Positions 10,360 to 22,200 of a DNA stretch of 64,000 nt are shown here, in pieces. A model generated the notes under the pieces. It did not search any database. It was not told the origin of the DNA and saw only the letters and a list, made by a program, of their open reading frames with translations. The stretch comes from Azolla caroliniana. Its lineage: Eukaryota; Plantae; Polypodiophyta. Positions within the stretch are counted from its first letter, which is position 1. Each line of letters begins with the position of its first letter. The stretch covers positions 6,200,001 to 6,264,000 of the forward strand of contig JBHGNT010000007.1 of the NCBI GenBank assembly GCA_043228905.1, read 5' to 3'. The position numbers and the translations under genes were made by a program.

Positions 10360-13333
10360 ATGGAAGGCGGCGGCAGCGGGCAGCCGGGGATGATGGTGCT
10401 GAATGCACAGAATTACGCCGACTGGAAGATCAAGATGGAGGATCTTCTGATTGTTCGGGACCTGTACGAACCGATTGACAGGTCGGAAATACCGAAGGGG
10501 GTACTTGAGTCGGAGTGGAAGCTCCTGAACCTGAAAGCCGTAGCGACGATCCGACAATATGTCGATGTAAGCGTCCTACAACACGTGGCGAACGACACCA
10601 ACGCATATGAGATGTGGAAGAAGCTGTCGGGCCTCTACGAGAGGAAGAATGCGTTGAACCGGACCTCCCTGATGAGGAAGATAGTGAACCTCAAGTATCG
10701 GGACGGCGAGAGTATGGTCGAACATGTAAGCACGTTCATGGGATTTGTGAATCAGCTTGCGGCGATCAAGTTCCCGTTGGAGGATGCAATGCAAGCCATC
10801 ATCCTGATGTGTACATTGCCGGAAGGCTGGGAGAACTTGGTGGTGACTCTCAGCACCTCCTGCACAGAAGATAACTTGTCCTTGCAAACGGTAAAGACAA
10901 GTATTTTGAACGAAGAAGCGCGTCGGAGAGATAAAGAACCGGCCTCCGACCCGAAGGCGCTGCTTACCGAATCGGATCGGGGAAGACAATGGAACCGGAG
11001 TCCGCAAAGACGGGAGAAGTCGGGGACCCGGTCGCAGTCAAGAGGAAGGCCCACATGCTTCCACTGTGGGAAGCCGGGGCACTTCCGAAAGAATTGTCGG
11101 CATTACCGAAAAGACAACGGAGCCGACGACACCGATTCGAAGAAGTCACCGGAGAGAAACGGTGCATACCGGGGAGCCACGGACCGGAGAGGTTCGGATC
11201 GGCGAGGGCAGGACCGGAAAGGATCAACGGCACTCGCGGCAAGTGAGGAAGAAATCATGCTCATCACCGAAGAAGGTGAACTAAACATTGCCGGCGATGA
11301 GACGACCTGGGTGGTCGATTCGGGAGCATCGTTCCACCTGACCCCGGAGAGAAGATACTTCTCATCCTACACAGCCGGCGAGCATGGCTGTGTTCGGATG
11401 GGGAATGAAGGTACGTGCCAGATTGTCAGCATAGGAGACGTGTGGTTGACAACCCCGACCGGATGCAAAATGCTGCTGAAGGATGTCCGACACGTTCCGG
11501 AGGTTCGATTGAACCTGATTTCGGCCGGGAGGCTAGACGATGAAGGCTACACAGGTAGCATCCGGAACGGCGGAATGAAGTTCAGCAAGGGGAGCTTGAT
11601 AGTGGCTCGGGCTCGGAAAGTCAACACACTGTACCTGATGAATGCCCGGTTATGTCCGGAAGAGCTGAACGTAGCAGCCGACACTGCCGGTGAGCTGTGG
11701 CACAAGAGACTGTGCCACATGAGTGAGAAGGGGATGAAGAGGCTTGCAGAAGACAACCTCATTCCAGTGAAGCATGTGCACCTGGAGAAGTGCACCGATT
11801 GCCTGGCCGGTAAGCAGAACCGAGCCTCTTTCCACTCAAGGCCACCGACGAGACGTAGCGCACCATTGGAGTTGGTGCACACTGATGTGTGTCAGGTAGA
11901 AACGAAGTCACATGGCGGAGCCCAGTACTTCGTAACATTCATTGATGATTACAGTCGGAAGCTGTGGACGGCACCGTTGAAGACAAAGGACCAAGTGTTG
12001 TGCGTCTTCAAAGAACTTCACGTGAGAGTGGAAAGGGAATCCGGCAAGAAGCTGAAGGCGATACGAGCGGATAACGGAGGGGAATACCGGGGGCAGTTCC
12101 AGGAGTACTGTCGCTCGAAGGGAATCCGGCTCGAGTTTACTGTGCCGAAGACGCCGGAACTGAACGGGCTGGCCGAGAGGATGAACCGGACCATAATGGA
12201 GAGGGTCCGGAGTATGCTGGCGCATGCGAAATTACCCAAGGGATTTTGGGCTGAGGCAATGTCGACGGCGACATATGTGATAAACAGATCACCCTCAGTA
12301 CCTTTGGACGGAGACACGCCGCAGAAAGTGTGGACCGGTAAGGAAGTGTCCTACCGGCATCTGAAGGTGTTCGGGTGTCTCGCATACGTGCATGTGGCAA
12401 AGGACCGGAGAGGAAAGCTAGATCCGAAGACCCGGCCATGCATATTCCTCGGTTACGGCGATGACGAGTTCGGCTACCGAGTATGGGACCCGGTCGACAA
12501 GAAGATATTCCGGAGTCGTGATATCATCTTCATGGAGAACAAGACACTCGCCGACTGGGAGTCGGAGAAGAAGATGAAGAGCTCCAAGTCGACCGGTGAG
12601 GATCAACTCTACGAGGAGCAGTCCCGACCGGCAAGGGACCGGTTAGCACTCGAGGATCCGGCCGAAGACGGTGAAGAAACAGAACCGGCCGAAGAAGATG
12701 AAAACGATACCGGAACCGGCCCCGATCCCGAACTGGACTCGGATGAAGAAGAAGAATCGGAAGAACCGGTTACCGAAGCTCCTGAACGGAGATATCCTCT
12801 AAGAGAGAGAAGGGCCCCCCGGAGATTTCCGGAACCAGAGCACGTGCTGTTAACCGACGAGGGGGAGCCAGAGAGCTTCGAAGAAGCAAAGCATGACACC
12901 CAGAGCCGCAGGTGGTTGAGTGCCATGCAGGACGAGATGGATTCCCTGCATGAGAACCACACATATGAACTTGTGGAGTTGCCGAAAGGAAAGCGGGCAC
13001 TTCGAAACAAGTGGGTGTTCAAGCTGAAACCGGGAGATGCCGGAAACCCCCCGAGATACAAAGCCAGGATCGTGGTGAAGGGGTTTCAGCAGAAGAAGGG
13101 CGTCGACTTCGACGAGATATTTGCCCCGGTAGTGAAGATGACCTCCATCCAGACGGTGCTGAGCATAGCGGCAAGCATGGACCTCGAGGTAGAACAGATG
13201 GACGTGAAGACGGCATTCCTTCACGGTGACCTCGATGAAGAAATCTACATGCAGCAACCGGAAGGATTCGAGAAGAAAGGGAAGGAGCACCTGGTATGCC
13301 GATTGAAGAAGAGCCTTTACGGACTGAAGCAGG
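10360..13333 (+). pseudogene. gag-pol: Copia D gag-PR-IN-RT N-half, truncated at YGLKQ
   Basis: CFHCGKPGHFRKNC, WVVDSGAS, LWHKRLCH, VTFIDD and DVKTAFLHG motifs. Confidence 0.92.
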
Positions 13334-14886
13334 AAGTACTGCGCTCCGGCATGTGACTTCGTGTCTACTTGACAAACATCCGTATGCACCAACTCCAGTG
13401 GTGCCTTACGTCTCATCGGTGGCCTTGGTCGGAAGGAGGTCCGGTTCTGCTTACCGGCCAGACAATCAGTGCACTTCTCTAAATGCACGTTCTTCACTGG
13501 GATGAGGTTGTCGTCTGCAAGCCTCTTCATCCCCTTCTCACTCATGTGACATAGCCTCTTGTGCCACAACTCACTGGCAGTGTCGGAAGCCACGTTCACT
13601 TCTTCCGGACATAACCAGGTATTCATCAGGTACAGAGTGTTTACCTTCCGGGCCCGAGCCACAATCAGGCTCCCTTTGTTGAACTTCATGACACCGTTCC
13701 GGATGCTACCCGTGTAGCCTTCATCATCTAGCCGACCGGCTGATATCAGGTTCAGACGTACTTCCGGAACGTGTCGAACATCTTTCAACAGTAGCTTGCA
13801 TCCGGTTGGTGTTGTCAGCCACACATCTCCTATGCCAACAATTCGGCATGTTCCTTCATTCCCCATCCGGACACAGCCGTGATCACCGGCTGAGTAGGAT
13901 GAGAAGCATTTCCGGTCCGGGGTAAGGTGGAACGACGCTCCGGAGTCTACCACCCAGGTCATCTCATCGCCGGCATGGTTTATCTCACTTTCCTCGGTGA
14001 TGAGCATCAACTCCTCTTCACTTGCCGCAATTGCCGTCGTTCCCTTCCGGTCCGGCCCCCTCCGGTCTTTACCGTTCCGGTCTGTACCATTCCGGTTCGG
14101 GGTTGGCTTCGAATCGGTACCGTCGGTTTCCTTGTCTTTACGGAAATGCCGATAGTTCTTTTGGAAGTGTCCCGGCTTGCCGCAATAGAAGCAAGTAGGC
14201 CTCCCCCTTGACTTTGATCGTGTCCCCGACTTCTCCCGGTTCTAGGGACTACGGTTTCTCTGTCTTCCGCGTTCCGATTCGGTAAGGAGCGCTTTGGAGT
14301 CGGAGCTCGTATCTTTGTCTTTCCGACGAGCCTCCTCATCTAGCAAGCTCGACTTTACTCTTGCTAGGGATAGCCGTTTTCCTTCCGGCCCGGCGTTGCC
14401 CAAAGTAACAACCAACGTCTCCCAGCTATCCGGGAGGGAACCGAGCAGGAGTAGCGCTAGGACCTCATCGGCAAGAGGTACTTCCAATGACGTTGCCTGG
14501 TGAATCAGCCCCTGGAAGGCATTCATATGCTCCGCCATGCTATGGCCATCTTGGTACCGGAGTCTTACAAGCTTCCGGAATACCGACGCCTGATTGACAG
14601 CGTTTTTGTTCTGGAACATTGTGCCGATCTTCTCCCAGAGTTCATGAGCCTTACTCTCTTCATTGAAGTTGTTGTACAGGCTCATGTCGATGAAGCACCG
14701 TATGTACGCCGTTGTCTTCATGTGCATCACCTCCCATATCGCAGCGTTGATTTTGTCCGGTCTCTTGTCCCCGAACTGAACCGGCAGCCAGAGGTCTTTA
14801 ACCACGAGCATGTCCCTCATCTTCGACTTCCACACTGAATAGTTGGAGCCGGTGAGCTTGAACATACCGCCAAACGATTCGTCCAT
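13333..14886 (-). pseudogene. gag-pol: Copia A gag-PR-IN N-terminus, with a stop at 14242
   Basis: MDESFGGMFKLTGSNYSVW.., WVVDSGAS and HTDVC..AQYF. Confidence 0.9.
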
Positions 14887-14902
14887 TTTCTGTGTCGATT
14901 TC

Positions 14903-14914
14903 GCTCTGATACCA
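14903..14914 (-). promoter_or_regulatory. PBS tRNA-iMet (copia A)
   Basis: TGGTATCAGAGC, 2 nt from the LTR. Confidence 0.92.
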
Positions 14915-14916
14915 CT

Positions 14917-15196
14917 TGTTGGGAACTCGACGTTCCTTATGTCCGACGCTCGGCCACAACCGAGATTATTTACATACACAGAAAAACAGGTAATGAAACG
15001 CGACACAAAAGAGGAGAAGGAGAGGTGCACAGGAGGTATACGTGGAAAAACCCCAAAATAGGGAAAAAACCACGGCAACCCACAAGCTGCAAACTGTCAC
15101 TATGCAGAAATATACAACAGTGAGATCACCGAGGCAACGACCTCGTGCTCTCAGATCTTCGCCACAGGCGGCGGTTACAACAGAGGCAACGACCTC

Positions 15197-15245
<49 letters not shown>

Positions 15246-15669
15246 CAGTTACGCGCTCTGATTTCTTCTTGCACCAACAAGAATGACAACCAACCTAAAA
15301 GTTTGCCCTAGGTCATATTTATACTAATATGAATCTTCGGCTATTTACAAATGTAGCCTCGATGGGCTCCATCCGACTCTCCGCAGTCGGGTTCTCCTCA
15401 TCCGGTTCATACCGGGCCTGTACCATCCGACTCTCCCAGAAGTCGGGTACTCCTCATCCGGTTCATACCGGGCCTGCACCATCCGACTCTCCGAAGTCGG
15501 GTTCTCCTCATCCGGTTCATACCGGGCCTGTACCATCCGACTCTCCCAGAAGTCGGGTACTCCTCATCCGGTTCATACCGGGCCTGCACCATCCGATTCT
15601 CCGAAGTCGGGTTCTCCTCATCCGGTTCATACCGGGCCTGCACCATCCGGAGGGACCTGTCTACCAACA
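14917..15669 (-). repeat. Copia A 5' LTR (5 U3 repeat units)
   Basis: Near-identical to 4623-5493 apart from repeat-number differences. Confidence 0.95.
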
Positions 15670-16627
15670 CGGCATTCACGTTGTCGTGAAAATCCGTCAC
15701 TATGTGCGGATCGTGAGGCGGAACCGCCGGGGTTCTGGACTAGAAGGATTTAGTGCAACACGTACAACACAAGCAAGTTTTAAGCATAAGACAAGTGGGA
15801 GAGACAAATCATTTGTTTATTGCAAAAGAAAATCATTTTAGAATCGTGTTACAATGGGTTGGGTATGGAAATGAGAGCTTAGTTTTTCCAAGAAATGAGC
15901 CAACAACCATGCAAGGAGTGGTCTAATATGAATACGAGAGATAATTTTTTACAAGAAAGCTCAAGTAAACAAAGCTAAGAGTTTGATATCAATATGTGAG
16001 ATAATTTTCTTCTCGAATCCGAGAGGGAAGAAGAAAGAAGGGAAAGAAAAAGAAGAAAAAAAAAACTAGGAGGGAAAAAATGGGACATATATCGAGCTCC
16101 TCGTTGATCCTCCTCCCCAATGTTACTTTGCATGCCCACTTTTAGTCGGATGGCCTCTATTTTTAGTTGCATGGCCTCTGCTTTTAGTCGCATGCTTCCA
16201 TTTTTAGATGCATGCCTTTTTACTTTTAGTTGCATGGCCTTGGTTTTTGGTTGCATGCGATTGTCCGTATAATTCGGCCAAATGACACAATCATCCATAA
16301 AGTTTAGCCCGTGTGCAATCCGTACGTGCGTCGCAACCAAACCGTAGACGCGTCAGTGCGCAAAAGTCTCGACCACGTAGTAGTGTACGCATCCACGCAT
16401 GCGCACGTCCCGACCGCGCTGTAGTGTACGCATCCACGCACCGTATACGCATCCGCGCACGCTTCCAACCCACACCGTATACGCATCCGCGCACAAAAGT
16501 CTCGTCCGTGCAGTAGTGTACGCATCCACGCATGCGCGCGTGCGCACAAACGTGTCCGCGCCGCACATACGCGTTCGTCTGAAACGTCCACGCGTACGTC
16601 CATGCATGCGCGCGTGCACACACACGC

Positions 16628-17255
16628 TGTCGTGAAGAAAACTGTCCACGAGCGGAATCGGTGCGCCGGAGCATAGGAACCGGCGCTTCAAGCATGTACG
16701 CCTTACGTTGTACATAAGGGAGCATTAGGGACGTAGAGGATCCTAGGTAGGTAGATTCGGTAGGTAGGAAGTTATTAGGAAACGGCTCCTTCCTTGCTTA
16801 TAAAAGAAGGGAGACGAGAAGGGGGAAAGGGGATCGCGGAATCAGAGAGGACGAAGTGCTATCGGATCGTGGACCGAAGGCTTCTCTCTCTTCCATACTC
16901 TGTAGCTCCTTTCTGTGCAGGTTTTCGGGAGGCTCGCGCTGCTCTGAGGAATGCCCGAGTGCTTCCGGCAGCACCTCCAACCTACTCTTTCTTTTCTGTG
17001 CGTTTACGAACAGGCATCGGCATCTGTTCGCCGGCCTATTTGATTGTAACCAACGTCGTGCTTCTGCTGTTCGTTTTGTTAACATATATATATACATACA
17101 TTCGTGTCTCTCTATGTCGCTGTCCCACTCGCGTCTTTGTGTCGAAGGGCCGTGTCCCTGTGGATCTACGCTCGCACCTAGTGGGTCTCTTCTCCTTTCT
17201 CTCTTGCTCTTCGGTACAGGACCCCCGAGGTCCCGCCTCATTCCACGCATCCGCG
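16628..17255 (+). repeat. B 5' LTR (U5 tip and PBS deleted)
   Basis: Matches 28477-29107, then jumps into the gag leader. Confidence 0.9.
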
Positions 17256-17270
17256 GCAGAAGAGCAGAAG

Positions 17271-19091
17271 ATGAAAGGGTCGGATCTTGCGGAGGCCATG
17301 GCTTCGGCCGTGGATCGGATATTGAGCGCACGCGAGGGCTCCGGCGCCCTCGAGAGAGCCATTTAGGCGGTCGTCGGTACAATTAGCCGGTTCAGCGGAA
17401 AGGATGCCACGAAGTATTTGGCGTCCTACGAGGCAGAAATGCTGATGCGGGACATTCCGGAAGAGAGGCGTCTTTTCGGGTTTCCTCGAGTGGCGATGCC
17501 GAGCATCCATGCGGAGGTGCTCGAGGTACGGGTGGAGAGCCGTACCTAGGAGGAGTTCGAAGGCCGACTCCTAGAAAAATACGGGTTGGACGACGCGCTC
17601 CGGCTTTCGAAACGAAACTTCATGGAATGGGTGGAGTCCCCCGGCAAGGGAAGAAACGCGTCGGCACTCCTCCGGGAGTTCGAAGAACGCTTTGCGCGCC
17701 TTTCGGCGCTTAACCGAACCGTTCTGGATATGAGCCGGGTCCTACTGTTCGTCACGTCGGTGGACGAGCGGGACCGGGATCAAGTCGGCTCCTTGCTGGA
17801 AACCGAAGACGGGCTGACAACCGACTGGGCTGCGGTTAAGAGAGTCTGCGGCCGTTTCGACAAACGGCGAGAATGGGCTGACAACGGGGCGTCCGGTGCG
17901 GGCTTTGTCACAGCAAGGAGGTTTGAACCGGCACCGCAAGGGCGAAGGGAAGAAACCCAGGAATGGCTCGAAACCGGTTCGGCTTCGACCGGCATGGTTA
18001 GTGGCTCGTCCGGAGGAGCAGCGCTGGAGGAGTTGACGCGGGCGATAAAGGATCTCCAGATCGCCCAGACTCGAAGGGAAGGCGGCGAACCGGCTCGTGA
18101 CCGACGGCCGGCAGCAGGGAACAGGTGCATGTGGTGCGACGAGGTCGGCCACATCCGGAAGGACTGCGGCGATTTCGCAGAAGCGTTGAGGAACCGGGTG
18201 GTGTACCTGTGGGAAGGCCGGGTGCACGCCGGCGACACCAGAAGGGCCCTAAACCGAAACGACGGACGAGGAGGTATGAAGAGACTGATGGAAGAGGCAG
18301 CGGCCTGACACGTGGAGGCCATCCACTACTCGGCGTCGGCCGGCATTCGGGTCGGGCGCAGCGAGGCCCGAAAGGAGGGCAAAGACGGATTCTGGTCGGC
18401 AATGCTGGAAGGTCTTGCCGGCGCACGACTGAAGAAAGATGAAACGGACCGCGCTGAGAGACGGGTCTGGGAAATATTCGGGTGGAGCGATTCGGTCGAG
18501 GAGAAGACGGGCTTCGTAGAAGCCGCCTGCCGGAACTACGAGGCTCTGGTAGAAGACAAACGAGTGGGGAAAGCCGGAGCGGTCGGGCCCTCACAACGGT
18601 ACGAGACCCGATTCGGGCAACGACGGAACGATGCCGGTGGGTCCGGCTCGCAAGATAACCCCAGGAAGGGCGGATACCGACTGGGGACGGAAATAGAAAG
18701 GACTACGGACCTACGAAAGGTCCTTGAAGAACGGATCCTCGACAACAAAGTGGAGCTGTCATTGCGGGAGGTGCTAGGGATCTCCAAGGAGTTCCACGAC
18801 TCCATTGTAGACTTGGTGAAACGGAAGAGGTTGTCGATGGAGACGGAACCGGAAAGACCGGTGGAGGTGCGGACGACACACATCGACGACATGGCGCTGG
18901 AAGATGAGTGAGCGGAGATCCACTATTCAAGGCCGCACTAGGCCCGAGCGACCACAGAGACCCGGTAAAGATCGGAGATATTCAGGAACCGGTGGTGGCA
19001 TTGGTGGACCACGGTTCGGAAATAAACCTGATGTCCATGGACTTCTATAAGAAGGGAATGTGGTCGATCAACACCAAGCACGGGTGGAAGA
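17271..19091 (+). pseudogene. gag: B gag-protease with several stops; continues at 24633-24939
   Basis: CMWCDEVGHIRKDC and LVDHGSEIN motifs. Confidence 0.88.
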
Positions 19092-19178
19092 TGTTGTAAA
19101 CAAGGTCGTCTATGCGGAAGATCAAACAGCATTCAATTCTGATGAGTACCTGCGTATGACAGTTTCAAGGTCGTGCAC

Positions 19179-19209
<31 letters not shown>

Positions 19210-22200
19210 CACACAAAAGACTTTCTATTCAATAGAAACAATAATACAACACCCAACCTTACAAAAAGGTTACAAGGTCACTATATATAGTGACCGACTT
19301 AGGGCAACTACCATTTATGCTAATTACACAAATGGCCCAAACTTGAGCTATACAAAGGGATAGTGTGAATACGTCCATTATACACTTGTATTCGACACTC
19401 CCCCGTAATGGGCGTATACATGGGTTATCTAAGATTACAGGTATAAACCTAGGTTCTCGGACATATCAGTTTTTGTTCGAGTCGGCAGGGTCCGAAGGCA
19501 GAAGACCGAACTGGTCGGGTCGGAAGAGTTGAAGCCGATCATTAAGGAACTGATGTCGGTTGTCCGAAACCATCCTGCGCTGTGTCCGGCTCTAACCGGA
19601 CTGGTTTGTCGTTACGCCCATCTGATGCCGAAGGGACCGAAAGCGGTCTGCCGAAAGACACTTGGTCATTCCATCTGCGACATTGTCGGTTGTGGATATT
19701 TTCTCTAGACCGATTTTCCCTGAAATGACGCAGTCCCGAACGAAGTGATATTGAACGTCGATATGTTTGGAGGCGTTGTGGTGAACCGGATTTTTCGACA
19801 AGGCAACAGCACCTTGACTGTCGCTGTAGACAACTGGAGCCGAGTCATGGTCGACTTGCCGAAACGTGTGCGCCAGCCGGCCGAGCCACAAAGCTTCTTT
19901 TGCAGCGTCAGACGCAGCTACATATTCTGCTTCGGTCGTTGAGGTCGCTGTGCACTCCTGAAGTTTCGACTTCCACGAGATTGCTCCATTGCCGAATTTG
20001 AAGCAGTATCCGGTTGTTGATTTCCGACTGTCTATACAGCCGGCGAAGTCCGAGTCGGTGTAACCGACTACGCCTGAGGTTCGGTTCGGACCGAAAAGAA
20101 TGCCGTGATCTTTTGTGCCAGCCAGATATTTGAACACATGCTTGACTGCGTTCCAATGCGATCGGCCAGGATTGTGCATAAATCTGCTAACGACTCCTAC
20201 GGCATGAGAGATATCAGGCCGTGTCGCGACCATCAGGTACATAAGGGAGCCGACTGCCGGTGCATACGGTACCGACTTCATATCTTCCCCCTCCGGGCCG
20301 GATGTCCGGCAGTCTCGCTGAGAGAGCCGAAGATTCATGGGGAGCGGGGTTGAAGCAGATTTGGCTGATTGCATGTTGAAGCGTTCCAAGACACGTCCGA
20401 TATAGTCGGTCTGAGACAAAAAAAGATGTCTTTTATCGCGGTGCCGACTAATCTTCATGCCAAATATGTGTCGTGCCGGACCGAGGTCCTTCATGGCAAA
20501 CTTCAACCGCAGTTGCCGAATGAGATCGGCAAGTTCGCCCGCGTGGCGTCCAGAAATTAGCATGTCGTCCACGTAAATGATGAGGAAGATGGGTGATCCA
20601 TCTTGAGCTGTGTTGGTAAAGAGACAATGGTCCTCATCGCTTTTTGAGAAGCCGATCGATTGGATGAAGTCGTCGAACTTCTTGTACCATTGTCGCGGTG
20701 CCTGTTTGAGGCCGTATAGACTCTTCCTGAGTCGGTAGACTAGATGTTCTTGGCCAGTTGCCACGAAGCCTTTTGGCTGCTCCATATAAATTTCCTCCTC
20801 GAGATCACCATGGAGGAAGGCTGTTTTGACATCTAGCTGAATCAGCTCCAAGTTGTCGGCTGCCACTACGCCGAGTAGAAAACGAAGGGTTGTCATTTTC
20901 ACCACTGGTGAGAAAATCTCGTCGAAGTCGACGCCATATTCTTGTCGGAAGCCCTTCGCAACTAATCTGGCCTTGTACTTTGGGGTGGTCGAATCAGACG
21001 TCTCTTTAAGTCGATAAACCCACTTGCAAGGGAGAGCACGTCGATTCTTAGGTAATTCGACCAGATCCCAAGTCTTGTTTGCCCGAATGGAGTGCATTTC
21101 CGACTCCATCGCCAGATGCCAGGTGGCGGAATCGACAGATGTCGATGCTTCTTCGTAAGACGTCGGTTCGCCGGCGTCGGTGAAGAAAATTCCAGGAGAA
21201 TACCTCTCCGGAGGTTGCGACAGTCTCTCAGATCGTCGAGGTATGATTGGACTGGTCGCATCGGGTATCGAGGTCGGATGGTCCGAAAGCGAGTCATTCG
21301 GTTGTGCCGAGTCGGAGTTGTCCGAGTCGGTAGTGTAAGGTTCAGCTACCCGTGAAGCTGACCGTGTGTTAAGAGCGGGGCCTTCTTGAAGGGTCGGCAC
21401 ATCGGAAAATGTTACCCTTCGGACTTCGATCGGTTTTTCGACTGATGGATTCATAGCCGACTCGTTGAACACAACGTCCGAACTTCGAACGATTTGTCTG
21501 CGTTCGGGGTCCCAGAGTCGGTATCCCATTTCGCCGTCTGATCCATATCCAAGGAAAATGCATTTCCTGGACCGAGGTGCAAGTTTTCGGCGATCATCTT
21601 TCGGAATAAGGGCGTATGCCTCGCATCCGAAGATCCTCAGCTTGTCGTAATTCGGCTTACTGCCAATCCATAGTTCCTGAGGAATTTGAAGTCCTAGAGG
21701 TCTACTTGGCGACATATTGATTATGTGTACTGCCGTGAGTAGAGCCTCTGCCCAGAAGCCATCCGACAGTCCGGAGTGTTGGAGCATGGAAACTATCCTT
21801 TCTTGGATTGTCCGATTCATTCGTTCTGCAATCCCGTTTTGCTCCGGACTGTGTGGTGCCGTAAATTCACGTCGGATGCCGCGTTGTCGGCAGAATTTGA
21901 CGAATTCTTCGGATTTGAACTCTCCCCTGTTGTCGGTCCGAAAGCATTTCAGTTTTCGGTCGGTTTGATTTTCTACCATAGCGAGCCAATCTGAGAAGAT
22001 CGAGAAGACCCGATCTTTGGTGCGAATCGGATAAGCCCACACCTTTCGAGTCGAATCGTCAATAAAACTGACGAAGTAAGAGGCACCGCCGAGAGACTGA
22101 TGCGGCATTGGGCCACAGACGTCCGAGTGGACTAAATCGAGAGGTCTCGTGTCTCTTGGTGCTGATGTCGGGTGTGATGCGGCTGCTTGTTTGCCATACT

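Larger units (their letters stand above)
7812..13333. mobile_element. Ty1/copia element D nested in A, partly inverted
   Basis: 614-bp LTRs at 7812-8425 (-) and 9716-10329 (+). The TSD ATTCG at 7807-7811 reappears as CGAAT at 9711-9715. Confidence 0.92.
4623..15669 (-). mobile_element. Ty1/copia element A (contains nested D and an inversion)
   Basis: LTRs at 4623-5493 and 14917-15669, TSD CGGCA on both sides, PBS at 14903-14914, PPT at 5494-5503. Confidence 0.95.

Noticed and set aside
12850-14010. 386-aa novel fusion protein
   Set aside because: Copia A PR-IN reading through the inversion breakpoint into antisense RT.
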